64,000 nt of DNA from an uncultured Gammaproteobacteria bacterium (GTDB taxonomy: Bacteria > Patescibacteriota > Microgenomatia > CAZETR01 > Amesbacteraceae), in assembly GCA_964633995.1 (NCBI GenBank), contig CAZWKN010000003.1, forward strand, positions 5,750 through 69,749. Reading direction: 5' to 3'. A program made the translations under genes and the position numbers. The notes under the pieces were generated by a model. That model ran no database searches, was not told the DNA's origin, and worked only from the letters and a program-made list of their open reading frames with translations. Positions 40,691 through 50,592 of this stretch are shown here, piece by piece. Positions within the stretch are counted from its first letter, which is position 1. Every line of letters begins with the position of its first letter.

Positions 40691-41530
40691 TCAAGACTCT
40701 GGCTCGGTGAGCTCAGGAGTACGGGTCAATTTTTGTCCTAGTATGGTGAAGGACGAAGAAACATTACTCATTTGATTGAAGGCGTTGGTCAGGTGGCGAT
40801 TTAAGACGTCGAGGTTGCCGGAGAGTTTGGCATAGTCTTTTTGGGCAGCACGAAGAGATTGTAGAATTGACCGGGTTTTGGCTTCCAATTCTTTGCCCTG
40901 TAATGATTGCAATAAAACCTGGAGATGGGCATAAAGAGTGTTGGGAGAGACGGGATAAACACGCATGGATCGGGAATAGTTGGTCAGTTCACGGTTGGTA
41001 ACGACTTCGTAGTAGACAGATTCTGAAGGGATATACATGAGGGCAAAGTCCATGGTGCCTTCTTCAGGAAGGATGTATTTTCCGGCTATGTCTGAAATGT
41101 GTTTTTTGATGTCTGATACGTTAAATTCCTGAGTGGGGAACTTGGAATCTATACACAACAATCCGGCGTCTGTTTTTAGAACCGCATCTACTTTTACTCC
41201 AGATTTAAAGGAATACTGAAGATGAAAGGCGTTTTTGGGAAATGTCGCACCAATCATTTGGGATAAAATTTCTTCTCCCAACCCACCCCGAAGTTTTGGG
41301 GAGGCCAAAAAGTCTTGTAAAGAGCTTATTCCTCGGCCTATTTCGGACATCTCTCCCAAACTTTTTTGGACATCGGCCATAAGTCTGGCCGAGTTATCCA
41401 GTGATGACTGGACCGAGCCAAGCCAAGCAGTTAGGGTTGGGTCCTTGGTGTTTTGGTGACTAATCAGCCAAATCAAAACAGCAAAGCCGATGATAATAGT
41501 TGCTAAAATAGGATAGATGAACATCGGCAT
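40691..41530 (-). CDS. rmuC: DNA recombination protein RmuC
   Basis: Start trimmed to Met 41530 (MPMFIYPILATIIIGF... TM); central coiled coil; C-terminal CIDSKFP...ALMYIPSESVYYE RmuC nuclease-like motifs. Confidence 0.72.
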   Translation of the reverse strand: MPMFIYPILATIIIGFAVLIWLISHQNTKDPTLTAWLGSVQSSLDNSARLMADVQKSLGEMSEIGRGISSLQDFLASPKLRGGLGEEILSQMIGATFPKNAFHLQYSFKSGVKVDAVLKTDAGLLCIDSKFPTQEFNVSDIKKHISDIAGKYILPEEGTMDFALMYIPSESVYYEVVTNRELTNYSRSMRVYPVSPNTLYAHLQVLLQSLQGKELEAKTRSILQSLRAAQKDYAKLSGNLDVLNRHLTNAFNQMSNVSSSFTILGQKLTRTPELTEPES

Positions 41531-41846
41531 GGTAAAAAAAGTATACACCCACAGGGAGGTCAAACGTCCGAGGGTAGGAATGGTTTTGGGATTGCTGGCT
41601 ATTGTGGGGTGTTTTGCGATGATTCTGTTTACTGCGCCAACGGCATGGACGGAGGTGGCGGCTATAGGATTGATGATGCAGGGATTGTGGATGGTCTTGG
41701 CGTGGGTGACTGGATCAAAAAAATACAGTTTAATTTTCAGTATTTGGATCACAGGAATCGTGATTATGAGAAGGTTTGGAGTTTTGGATTGGATGTTGGT
41801 GGGTTTGTGGATGGCAATATTGGGATTGATTAGTTTAATTGGTTAA
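41517..41846 (+). CDS. Hypothetical small membrane protein (Trp-rich, 3 TM)
   Basis: Hydrophobic periodicity; start uncertain (41517/41529/41580). Confidence 0.3.
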   Translation: MNIGMVKKVYTHREVKRPRVGMVLGLLAIVGCFAMILFTAPTAWTEVAAIGLMMQGLWMVLAWVTGSKKYSLIFSIWITGIVIMRRFGVLDWMLVGLWMAILGLISLIG

Positions 41847-41861
41847 AGTAGGATATGGACC

Positions 41862-42227
41862 ATGCAAATATCAAAAAGAAGAGTGAATCACTTGTTGGAC
41901 AAACAAATTTTAGACATGTGGTATCAGTTGATTGTAGATATCAAGACAAAGGACGAAGCCAGGTTGATAATGGACTGTCTGTTATCTAAAACCGAATCCG
42001 TAGCTGTCACCAAAAGATTAGCCGTAGGATACTGGTTGTCCAAGAAGCGCAGCTATGGAAATATTAAGGAAAATATTAAAGTATCTTCGGCAACAATTGC
42101 GGGGGTGGCTGATATGATCAGTTCTTTGGGATGGAAATCGATCATAAAAAGGGTGACGGCAGAAGAATGGGCGACTCGCATGAATGATAAAATTAAGTCA
42201 TTAGTTGGCATGCGTAGTCATTCTTAG
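41862..42227 (+). CDS. YerC/YecD (TrpR-like) family small DNA-binding protein
   Basis: LLSKTESVAVTKRLAVGYWLSKKRSYGNIKENIKVSSATIAGV matches the TrpR-like YerC pattern (LLT..E...L..R..I...L..G.SY..I.....VS.ATI). Confidence 0.5.
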   Translation: MQISKRRVNHLLDKQILDMWYQLIVDIKTKDEARLIMDCLLSKTESVAVTKRLAVGYWLSKKRSYGNIKENIKVSSATIAGVADMISSLGWKSIIKRVTAEEWATRMNDKIKSLVGMRSHS

Positions 42228-42235
42228 TCATACGG

Positions 42236-43699
42236 TTGTATATGGTATTTTCAGAAGACAAAAACATACAAGAGTTGGTGAAAATTTCTAATGAGCTTTC
42301 GGATTTGGGCTCTGTATTGGGACTTCTTAGTTGGGACCAGGAAACACAAATGCCAGAAAAAGGGGCCGGAGTAAGGGCATGTCAACTGGCGACCATGGCG
42401 GGAATTTATCATGAAAAGTTGATCGGTTCTCCAGTTGCACAGTTGATCAGTAGAGCTACGCTGAAAAACATATATGATAAAGCCTTGATTAGAGAAATGG
42501 GGCGGGAATGCGAGAAGGCAATGAAAATCCCCAAGAAGCTAGTTGAAGAACTGAGTGAGGCGACGAGCCGAGCGTTTGAGAGCTGGCAAACGGCCAAGAA
42601 AAACAATGATTTTTCTTCATTCGCACCATATTTGGAAAAGGTGGTGGAACTGGAAGTGAAAGCGGCAACGCTTATGAAAGAGCCTGAGCAAAGCATTTAT
42701 GATGTGATGTTGGACAACCACGAAGAAGGATTGACAGAGAGTGAGGTAGAAAAAGTGTTTTCACAAGTAACAAATAAATTAAGTAATTTAGCGATTAGGC
42801 TAAATACATTGACGGGGGGCGCGGATAAAAAATTAAATGAAATTAAATTCGATGAGAAAAAAGTGAAAGAGTACGCAAGAGAGATAGTCACGGAAATGGG
42901 ATACGACTGGGCGGCCGGGAGACAAGACGAATCGACACACCCGTTTGAAATTAGTTTTGGAACCGGGGATGTGCGAATGACGACTTGGAAAAAATGCGGT
43001 AGTGTCCAGGAAGCGGTAATGGTAGTGATGCATGAAACCGGACACGCGTTGTATGAGCTGGGAATAAACCCTGAGCTTGATAGAACTCATTTGGGCGGCG
43101 GACAAGGACTAGTACTTCACGAGTCACAATCTAGATTGTGGGAAAATATGATTGGGAGAAGTGCTGAGTTTTGGACCAATAGGCAATTGCCTATTGAAAT
43201 GGATAGAAATGAATTTGTGAGAGCTATAAATACAGTTAAGCCGAGTTTGGTACGAGTAGAAGCGGATGAAGTTACTTACGGATTGCATATTATGGCCAGA
43301 TTTGAAATCGAGCGAGACTTGATAGCCGGAAAAATAAAGGTTAAAGACTTGCCGCGGGTTTGGAATAGTAAATATAAAGAGTTGTTGGGGGTAACTCCTG
43401 AAAACGATAGGGAAGGGGTATTGCAGGACGTGCATTGGGCCCATGGAAGTTTTGGTTACTTTCCTACTTATTTACTGGGGACCATGACTTCCGCACAGAT
43501 TTTTAAAACGGCGCAAAATGAAATTGATGTGTTTGATTTAAAAGCTTTGAGGGAGTGGCTTGGGGAAAAGATTCACAGACACGGAAAGGTGTATACATCT
43601 AAGGAGCTAATAAAGTCGGTCACTGGAGAAGATTTAAATCCGAAATATTTTATTGATTATCTGGAAAAGAAGTTTGAAAGGTTGTATGGAATTATCTAA
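42236..43699 (+). CDS. Carboxypeptidase Taq (M32 family metallocarboxypeptidase)
   Basis: HETGHALYE (HExxH), DVHWAHGSFGYFPTYLLG M32 signature; 487 aa. Confidence 0.9.
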   Translation: MYMVFSEDKNIQELVKISNELSDLGSVLGLLSWDQETQMPEKGAGVRACQLATMAGIYHEKLIGSPVAQLISRATLKNIYDKALIREMGRECEKAMKIPKKLVEELSEATSRAFESWQTAKKNNDFSSFAPYLEKVVELEVKAATLMKEPEQSIYDVMLDNHEEGLTESEVEKVFSQVTNKLSNLAIRLNTLTGGADKKLNEIKFDEKKVKEYAREIVTEMGYDWAAGRQDESTHPFEISFGTGDVRMTTWKKCGSVQEAVMVVMHETGHALYELGINPELDRTHLGGGQGLVLHESQSRLWENMIGRSAEFWTNRQLPIEMDRNEFVRAINTVKPSLVRVEADEVTYGLHIMARFEIERDLIAGKIKVKDLPRVWNSKYKELLGVTPENDREGVLQDVHWAHGSFGYFPTYLLGTMTSAQIFKTAQNEIDVFDLKALREWLGEKIHRHGKVYTSKELIKSVTGEDLNPKYFIDYLEKKFERLYGII

Positions 43700-43883
43700 G
43701 AAGGATATATTGACTCTTGTTGGCACTTTTATAGGGGTGGCATTAATTGGAACAGGAGTCTCGTTTGTGATAGGAGAGCCAGAAATGTTAAAAAACATTC
43801 CACTCCGAGAGTTGGCGGGGTTCGGTTTGATCGGCATTGGGGTAGCCATCGCAGCCGTGGCTAATGTAAAGGGCATGGAGTGA
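43653..43883 (+). CDS. Hypothetical small membrane protein
   Basis: 76 aa (possibly starting at MELSKK, 43686); two Gly-rich TM segments. Confidence 0.35.
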   Translation: MIIWKRSLKGCMELSKKDILTLVGTFIGVALIGTGVSFVIGEPEMLKNIPLRELAGFGLIGIGVAIAAVANVKGME

Positions 43884-44020
43884 TATATAATGTAACACAA
43901 CATGACGGTAACTGAATTATTAAACCGAAAAAATTTGTTGATAGCGGGTGGCGGGCTGGGGTTGGCAAGAATGATGTTTTCGATTGACTCCAGCGACGAC
44001 GAACATTTGATAAAGGGGCA

Positions 44021-45493
44021 ATGAGCGACAAGTTTTATATCACTACGGCAATCCCTTATGTAAACGGGAAACCGCATATTGGACATGCACTAGAGTATTT
44101 TCAGGCCGACGTTTTGAGAAGATATCACCAAATGCTTGGCGAGGAAACGCTGTTGCTGTCCGGGGCAGATGAAAATGCCTTGAAAAATGTCCAGGCGGCA
44201 GAAAAAGAAGGAGTTCCCGTTAAGGATTTTTTAGACAGAAATTCTAAAGTCTTTAGGGACTCCTATGAATTTCTGGGGGTGCATTTGGATGTGTTTCAAA
44301 GAGGGTCTGATCAGGAAAAACACTGGCCGGGGGTGCAAAAATTGTGGAACCTATGTATGGCAAGCGGGGATATATATAAAAAAACATATGAGGGACTTTA
44401 TTGTGTAGGGTGTGAAAGCTTTAAGACGGAAAAAGAACTAATAAACGGCGAATGCCCAGATCACAATAAAAAACCAGAAGTAGTAAAAGAAGAGAATTAT
44501 TTTTTTAAACTGTCAAAGTATCAGAACAAATTACTTGAGCTGATAGAGACGGGGGCCTTTAAAATTGCCCCTGAAAATAAAAGAGCGGAGATAGTATCGT
44601 TTATTAGATCCGGGCTTGAAGACTTCAGTGTGTCTAGATCAAAAGAAAGGGCCAGGGGGGTTGGAGTACCTGTTCCTGACGATGAAAATCAGGTGATTTA
44701 TGTTTGGTTTGATGCTTTGGATATTTATATGACCGGGGTGGGATTTGGGTGGGATGAAGAAACATGGAAAAAATGGTGGCCCGCCGATATGCACGTAATT
44801 GGCAAGGATATTAATAGATTCCATACCGTGTATTGGCCGGCTATGTTGCTGTCTGCCGGAATAGACTTGCCCAAACAGGTGCTGGTGCATAGTTTTGTAA
44901 CCTCTAAGGGGCAAAAAATGAGCAAGTCCATAGGAAATGTTATTGATCCATACGAAATGGTGAATAAGTATGGACTGGAGGCGGTGAGATATTACATGTT
45001 ATCTAGAATCCCATTAACTGACGATGGTGATTTTACAGAGGAAAAATTTGTGGAAGTGTATAACGCCGATTTGGCAAATGGATTGGGGAATTTGACCTCA
45101 CGGGTAGCAAAACTTTGCGAGAATGCACAAATAACAATGGATGTCGTTTCAAGAACAACTGCTGGAGTAATAAATAAATTCGTACTTTGGATTCCTGATC
45201 CTGGTCTGGAGAATGAATACCTTAAAGGTCTAGAAAGCTATAGATTTAACGAGACATTGGGACTAATTTGGCAAAAAATTTCTGAACTAGACAGGAAAAT
45301 TGAAGAGATTAAACCCTGGGAACAAAAAATCGATGATGATGCAAAATTTTTGAAAGATATTGCTGTGTTGTGGATCAGAGATATTGCCAGATTGTTGGGG
45401 CCGTTTTTGCCGGAAACTGCGGAGAAGATTTTGAAGCAATTTGCTGGACCGAAAATTAAGTCAGCCCCTCCTTTGTTTCCGAGAATAAAGTAA
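44021..45493 (+). CDS. metG: Methionyl-tRNA synthetase (short form)
   Basis: HIGH motif (KPHIGHA), zinc knuckle CVGCESF...CPDH, KMSKS motif. Confidence 0.95.
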   Translation: MSDKFYITTAIPYVNGKPHIGHALEYFQADVLRRYHQMLGEETLLLSGADENALKNVQAAEKEGVPVKDFLDRNSKVFRDSYEFLGVHLDVFQRGSDQEKHWPGVQKLWNLCMASGDIYKKTYEGLYCVGCESFKTEKELINGECPDHNKKPEVVKEENYFFKLSKYQNKLLELIETGAFKIAPENKRAEIVSFIRSGLEDFSVSRSKERARGVGVPVPDDENQVIYVWFDALDIYMTGVGFGWDEETWKKWWPADMHVIGKDINRFHTVYWPAMLLSAGIDLPKQVLVHSFVTSKGQKMSKSIGNVIDPYEMVNKYGLEAVRYYMLSRIPLTDDGDFTEEKFVEVYNADLANGLGNLTSRVAKLCENAQITMDVVSRTTAGVINKFVLWIPDPGLENEYLKGLESYRFNETLGLIWQKISELDRKIEEIKPWEQKIDDDAKFLKDIAVLWIRDIARLLGPFLPETAEKILKQFAGPKIKSAPPLFPRIK

Positions 45494-45503
45494 AATACTA
45501 AAA

Positions 45504-46247
45504 GTGATTGATGCACATTGTCATTTGTATGAGTTGCCGGAGGAGGAATGGGTAAATAATGGGTTGGAGGCGATGATTTGCGCTGGATCTGATTTGGAAA
45601 GTAGTAGGAGGGCTATAGAATTGGCAGAGAACTATCCAAACGTCTACGCAACTGTTGGAATGCATCCGGAAGCAATAAGTGAGTTTCACAGTTTGACAGT
45701 TGCTCAGTTGCGCAGTGAAGTTAAAAAATTAATTAGTCGTAAGAAAGTTGTGGCGGTGGGAGAATGCGGACTGGATACTGGGAGTGAGGAAGAGGTTGAA
45801 CTGTTTAAGTTTAATATTAATTTGGCAAAAGAAACTGGATTGCCACTAGTAGTGCATTGCAGAAACATGTTCGGGAAGGTGTTTGAGATTTTGGATTATG
45901 ACCGGGTGCAAATGCATTGTTTTACGGGAAATGAGGAAGAGATGCGAGAGTGTGTGGGGAGGGGGTGGTATATTAGTTTTGGGGGAATATTAACGTTTAA
46001 AAAAAGCGGGGAACTGAGAAGAATAGCCAGTTTGGTGCCTGAGAACAAGTTGCTGGTTGAGACCGATAGCCCATATTTGGCTCCCGAACCGGTCAGAGGA
46101 AGCAGAAATTTCCCAAAAAATGTAAAATACGTTGTGGATTGCCTGGCTGAAGCCAGGGGTATGGAACCTGAGCGAATTGAGGCAGTAACCAACGAGAACG
46201 CTAAAAAACTATTTAATTTAGGATATGACCAAAAAACGAATTATTGA
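45504..46247 (+). CDS. tatD: TatD-family metal-dependent DNase/hydrolase
   Basis: MIDAHCHL start, GMHPE, VVAVGECGLD motifs; conserved metG-tatD adjacency. Confidence 0.9.
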   Translation: MIDAHCHLYELPEEEWVNNGLEAMICAGSDLESSRRAIELAENYPNVYATVGMHPEAISEFHSLTVAQLRSEVKKLISRKKVVAVGECGLDTGSEEEVELFKFNINLAKETGLPLVVHCRNMFGKVFEILDYDRVQMHCFTGNEEEMRECVGRGWYISFGGILTFKKSGELRRIASLVPENKLLVETDSPYLAPEPVRGSRNFPKNVKYVVDCLAEARGMEPERIEAVTNENAKKLFNLGYDQKTNY

Positions 46248-47688
46248 AATCGCCATCGGGTTTACGAGCTGGAACTTAATATTATTTTTGGTGTGGGGAG
46301 GATACTTTTTTCCAACCCTGACTGCATATTTCATATTGGCGTTTGTAGTCTTTTGGTTATATAGAGGATTCAATTGGACTATGGCTTCTTTGCTTGCTCA
46401 TTTTCAGGTTAAGGCCGCGGAGAGATTGGATTGGATGAAGGAGGTTGAGGGTTTTGGAGACTGGAAAGAAATAAAACACATCATTTTGATTTTGATTGCC
46501 AATGAGCCAAAAGAAACCTATGAGCGCACACTTGAGGCATTGGCTAAACAAACATTTCTTTTGAAAAACATTGTTCCCGTCCTGGCAACAGAGGAAAGGT
46601 ATCCCGATGGAGAAAAAAACTGTAAGGAATTGAGGGCAAAGTGGAAAGATGTTTTTGGGGAAATACTGATCACTGTTCATCCAAAGGACATAGTAGGAGA
46701 GATCAAAGGAAAGTCATCTAATGAAAACTGGGCTGCACGTGAAGCCAAAAGAATCCTGGTGGACGAAAAGGGATGGAATATTAAAAATATCACCATCACA
46801 TCTAATGACGCCGACTCGATTTTGCATCGTCAATATTTGGCTTGCCTGACATACAAATTTCTTGACAACCCACATCGATATGAAAGATTTTGGCAACCAG
46901 CAGTGGTTTTTTATAACAACATATGGCGATTGCCAGCGGCGACGCGCGTGGTTAATGTTATCGGGAGCGTGTTGCAAATCGGATTGTTGGCGAGAAGAGA
47001 TCGGCTAGTAAACTTTTCAAACTACACCTCTTCTCTTTCAATGATTGACCAGATTGGATACTGGGACACGGACGTGATCCCGGAGGATTATAGGATTTTT
47101 TTTAAAGCTTTCTTTAAACTACAAGGGCGAGTTGAGGTAGAACCGGTGTTTCTGGCTTCTTCTGCTGATGCCGCGGAGTCTACCACCACTTGGAAGACCT
47201 TGGTAAATGATTATCAACAAAAAAAACGTTGGGCTTGGGGGGTTTCAGACATTCCTTTGTTTATTGAATTATTTATGAAGGATCCCTCCAGGTCTTTTGT
47301 AAATAAATTTTTAAGAGTAGCGAGAGTAACTGAGGACCATGTGCTTTGGCCAGTAAATTGGTTTATTATCACGACGGGGGTAACCATATCTACTTTTGTG
47401 AACCCCAACTTTCAACGGACAAGCATTGGCTTTTTGCTTCCTAAAATAACTTCCACATTATTGTCTGTTTCTTTGATTTTTTTGGTTGTCTTGTTATGGA
47501 TTGATTTTTCCCAGAGACCCCCAAAGCCCGCAGAAGTACCAAAATGGAAAGTCTGGCTGGCGCCGTTTGAGTTTGTGCTTCTGCCTATAGTTGGATTTTT
47601 CTTTATGGCCTTGCCCGGATTAGATGCTCACACCAGACTGATGCTTGGAAAATATATGGAATACAGAATTACAGAAAAGGTAAAATAG
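46225..47688 (+). CDS. Family 2 glycosyltransferase, membrane-embedded processive type (cellulose/chitin-synthase-like)
   Basis: N-terminal TM pair; TSNDADS (DxD), QQKKRWAWG (QxxRW processivity motif); C-terminal TM bundle. Confidence 0.75.
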   Translation: MTKKRIIEIAIGFTSWNLILFLVWGGYFFPTLTAYFILAFVVFWLYRGFNWTMASLLAHFQVKAAERLDWMKEVEGFGDWKEIKHIILILIANEPKETYERTLEALAKQTFLLKNIVPVLATEERYPDGEKNCKELRAKWKDVFGEILITVHPKDIVGEIKGKSSNENWAAREAKRILVDEKGWNIKNITITSNDADSILHRQYLACLTYKFLDNPHRYERFWQPAVVFYNNIWRLPAATRVVNVIGSVLQIGLLARRDRLVNFSNYTSSLSMIDQIGYWDTDVIPEDYRIFFKAFFKLQGRVEVEPVFLASSADAAESTTTWKTLVNDYQQKKRWAWGVSDIPLFIELFMKDPSRSFVNKFLRVARVTEDHVLWPVNWFIITTGVTISTFVNPNFQRTSIGFLLPKITSTLLSVSLIFLVVLLWIDFSQRPPKPAEVPKWKVWLAPFEFVLLPIVGFFFMALPGLDAHTRLMLGKYMEYRITEKVK

Positions 47689-47703
47689 GTTTACAATTGT
47701 TGT

Positions 47704-49152
47704 ATGTGGGTAAGGTTTGAAAAATGGGTTCATCGTTGGGAGGGGTTGCTAATAATTTTGGCTCTAGTTTCGTTTTTGAGAATACCGTCTCTTTTTGAAC
47801 CATACTGGTACGGAGATGAAGGAATATATTTGACTTTGGGACAGGCAGTCAATCGCGGAGAGGTGCTGTATAAACAGATTCACGACAACAAGCCTCCCAT
47901 GATTTACTGGACAGCAGCGCTGGCTTTGGGAAATTTGTTTTGGTTTAAATTTTTGGCTTGGTGGACCGGGATGGTGGGGACGATAGTAATGTACCTGATG
48001 TGCGAAAAGGTGCTGGGAGAAAAGTCTAAGGGGGTTTTTTGGACAACGACTTTGTTTGCTCTGTTAACCACAATTCCGCTACTAGAAGGTAACATCGCTA
48101 ATGCCGAGTTGTTTTTTATACCATTTACCGTGGGAGCGACTTATCTGGTGTGGGATAAGGAAGCTGGGTGGATAAGGGTGTTTTTGGCGGGAATCCTTTT
48201 TGGATTGGGAGGACTGTTTAAGATTCCAGCATTGTTTGAGGCGGGAGTTTGGCCGATAGTGTGGATAGTAGAAAAGGACAAGTTGTGGTTTAAAAAATGT
48301 CTTGTATTATCGCTGGGAGCGTTGCTGCCAATAGTGGGAAGCGGTGTTTATTTCGCAGGTTTGGGGGCATTGAAAGAATACCTTGTTGCTGCCTGGGCAC
48401 AAAACATTCCATATTTGTCTTCCTGGAGGTCCGGAGGGGGTGAGTCAGGGATATTTTCTCTTAAAGGAAGATTGGTTGTTTTGTTTATTTGGTTGGGGGC
48501 AATAACCGGTCTTGGGAAACGGTGGGGAAGGACGGGATTGATAGTGGGGGTTTGGGGTGGAATAAGTTTGTTTGCGGCGCTTTTGTCAGGACGACCATAC
48601 CCACACTATTTGATACAGGTCGGTGGAATCATAGCACTGTGCGTCGGGATAATAGTTTGGGGGGAGAAAAGGTGGACATGGCCATCCGCAGGAATCATCT
48701 CCATGGTGTTAGCGTCGGTTATGGTGTTTAAATTTTGGATGTATCCTGTGGGAGGGTATTATTTAAATTTCAGCAGGTGGGCGTTCCGCACTATTGACAC
48801 AAGTGAATACAGAAAGTGGTTTAACCCCAAAATTGAAGTTGATTATGAAATCGCTGAAATAATAATGGCAGGAAGCAAACCAGAAGACCGGTTGTTTGTA
48901 TGGGGAGACGCACCGATCTTATACGCCTTGACCAAGGTGCCCCCAGTAGGAAAATATACGGCCAGATATCACATCTCGGACTTTTCTGCACAAGCCGAAA
49001 CTTTGCAGGTCCTAACTGACACTCCACCCAAATACATTGTTGACTATGGTGAGGCAGATAAATTGCCTGGGCTTGAGTCGTTGTTAAGATCAAAATATAT
49101 AGTGATCAAAAAATTTGGCGATACGGCTGTCTACAGGCTAATTAAGGTATAA
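47704..49152 (+). CDS. GT-C fold membrane glycosyltransferase (ArnT/PMT/arabinosyltransferase-like)
   Basis: YWYGDEGIY DE motif in first loop, about 11 TM then C-terminal soluble domain. Confidence 0.6.
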   Translation: MWVRFEKWVHRWEGLLIILALVSFLRIPSLFEPYWYGDEGIYLTLGQAVNRGEVLYKQIHDNKPPMIYWTAALALGNLFWFKFLAWWTGMVGTIVMYLMCEKVLGEKSKGVFWTTTLFALLTTIPLLEGNIANAELFFIPFTVGATYLVWDKEAGWIRVFLAGILFGLGGLFKIPALFEAGVWPIVWIVEKDKLWFKKCLVLSLGALLPIVGSGVYFAGLGALKEYLVAAWAQNIPYLSSWRSGGGESGIFSLKGRLVVLFIWLGAITGLGKRWGRTGLIVGVWGGISLFAALLSGRPYPHYLIQVGGIIALCVGIIVWGEKRWTWPSAGIISMVLASVMVFKFWMYPVGGYYLNFSRWAFRTIDTSEYRKWFNPKIEVDYEIAEIIMAGSKPEDRLFVWGDAPILYALTKVPPVGKYTARYHISDFSAQAETLQVLTDTPPKYIVDYGEADKLPGLESLLRSKYIVIKKFGDTAVYRLIKV

Positions 49153-49160
49153 TTATTGGT

Positions 49161-49496
49161 GTGAATACTACCTGGGAACGACTAAAGCTCTGGAATATTA
49201 TTATGTGCGCCGGTGTTGGGACTGTGGCTTTTGGCATATGGATGGCTTTTGGGACCAGAATGCCTCCACAGGTGCCTGTTTTTTTTAGTAGACCATGGGG
49301 CGAAACTCAACTTGCTAGTCCATCAACGCTTTTGATTATTCCAGGCATGTCGGTGGTGCTGGGCATTACCACCTCGATTGTATTGTTTAAAGCTAAGACC
49401 GAATCGGTGTTACTGGGAATAATTGCTGCAACTAGCATTGTGGGGCAGATAATATTGGGCACCGCCTTGTTGCGTATTGTTAGCATGATAATTTAA
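49161..49496 (+). CDS. Small 3-4 TM membrane protein (possible GtrA/SMR-like lipid-linked sugar flippase; hypothetical)
   Basis: 111 aa, hydrophobic; embedded between GT-C and WecA-like genes with 4-9 nt gaps. Confidence 0.35.
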   Translation: MNTTWERLKLWNIIMCAGVGTVAFGIWMAFGTRMPPQVPVFFSRPWGETQLASPSTLLIIPGMSVVLGITTSIVLFKAKTESVLLGIIAATSIVGQIILGTALLRIVSMII

Positions 49497-49500
49497 CAAA

Positions 49501-50592
49501 ATGCAGAATTGGACAGGTTGGATGTTTTTGTTGCCAGGAATTGTGGGGGCTATTGTGTCGTACCTTACGACCGGATGGGTAGTAAAAAAGGGGGAAAGTT
49601 GGGGAATTATTGATGATCCTAACAAACACCGCATGCCCAAGGTTGTACACGATAAACCGGTTCCACGAGGGGGTGGAATTCCTATATTTGTAGCTGGTAT
49701 TGTGGGAATAATATTATTCTTGCCAAAAAATTTACATAGTTTAGGGCTAATCGGAGCAATGTTTGTTTTGGCAGTAACGGGGGTACTAGATGATAGGTTT
49801 GAGGAAATGATTTCACCTTATGTTCGGTTGGTTATAAATATCGGAGCGGCACTATTAGTGATAGGGGCTGGAATTGGAATTGCTTATATTACAAACCCAT
49901 TTGGGGGAATTATTAATCTGGATCAACCAAGGTGGTGTTTGGGAAATCATTGTATATGGGTGCTGGCGGACCTATTCGCCTTAATTTGGTTGGTAGGGCT
50001 GCAAAATATAATTGGATGGAGCAGTGGGGTTGACGGACAATTGCCCGGGTTTGTAATAATCGCCGCCGTCACCATTGGGGTATTGGCTATGCAAACCGGA
50101 ACGGATTTGAATCAGTGGCCGGTAATTGGCCTGGCGGGAATCACAGCAGGAGCGTATTTGGGATTTTTGCCTTGGAATTGGTGGCCACAAAAAATTATGC
50201 CTGGATATGGGGGTAAAAGCTTGGCGGGGTTGCTTTTGGGGGTATTGGCTATCATGTCAACGGCAAAGGTAGGAACTCTGGTTTTGGTATTGGGAGTTCC
50301 AATTATCGACGCAGCTTTGGTTATTATTAAGAGAATAAGTGAGGGTAGATCTCCGGTTTTTGGCGGAAGAGAACATCTACACCATTATTTGCTCGACAGG
50401 GGATGGGGCAAGAGGAGAATAGCCCTTTTTTATTGGGCCGTGTCTGGAATTTTGGCGGTTGTAGCCTGGCAATTGCATCCACCTATTAAGTTATATACAA
50501 TGGCGACAGTTGTTTTAGTTTTACTAGGAGGAATATTGTGGTTAAGAAATTGGTCGGATTACTCAAAACGGCAAGGCCCAGGCAGTGGGTAA
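49501..50592 (+). CDS. Polyprenyl-phosphate N-acetylhexosamine-1-phosphate transferase (MraY/WecA family)
   Basis: 10-11 TM; TGVLDDRFE (DD motif), NIIGWSSGVDGQLPG (cf. NxxNxxDGxDGL), HHYLLDRG. Confidence 0.72.
   Translation: MQNWTGWMFLLPGIVGAIVSYLTTGWVVKKGESWGIIDDPNKHRMPKVVHDKPVPRGGGIPIFVAGIVGIILFLPKNLHSLGLIGAMFVLAVTGVLDDRFEEMISPYVRLVINIGAALLVIGAGIGIAYITNPFGGIINLDQPRWCLGNHCIWVLADLFALIWLVGLQNIIGWSSGVDGQLPGFVIIAAVTIGVLAMQTGTDLNQWPVIGLAGITAGAYLGFLPWNWWPQKIMPGYGGKSLAGLLLGVLAIMSTAKVGTLVLVLGVPIIDAALVIIKRISEGRSPVFGGREHLHHYLLDRGWGKRRIALFYWAVSGILAVVAWQLHPPIKLYTMATVVLVLLGGILWLRNWSDYSKRQGPGSG

Noticed and set aside
43634-44086. 150-aa minus-strand ORF spanning metG upstream region
   Set aside because: Low-complexity translation, overlaps the plus-strand small membrane protein and the metG start. 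No motif support.
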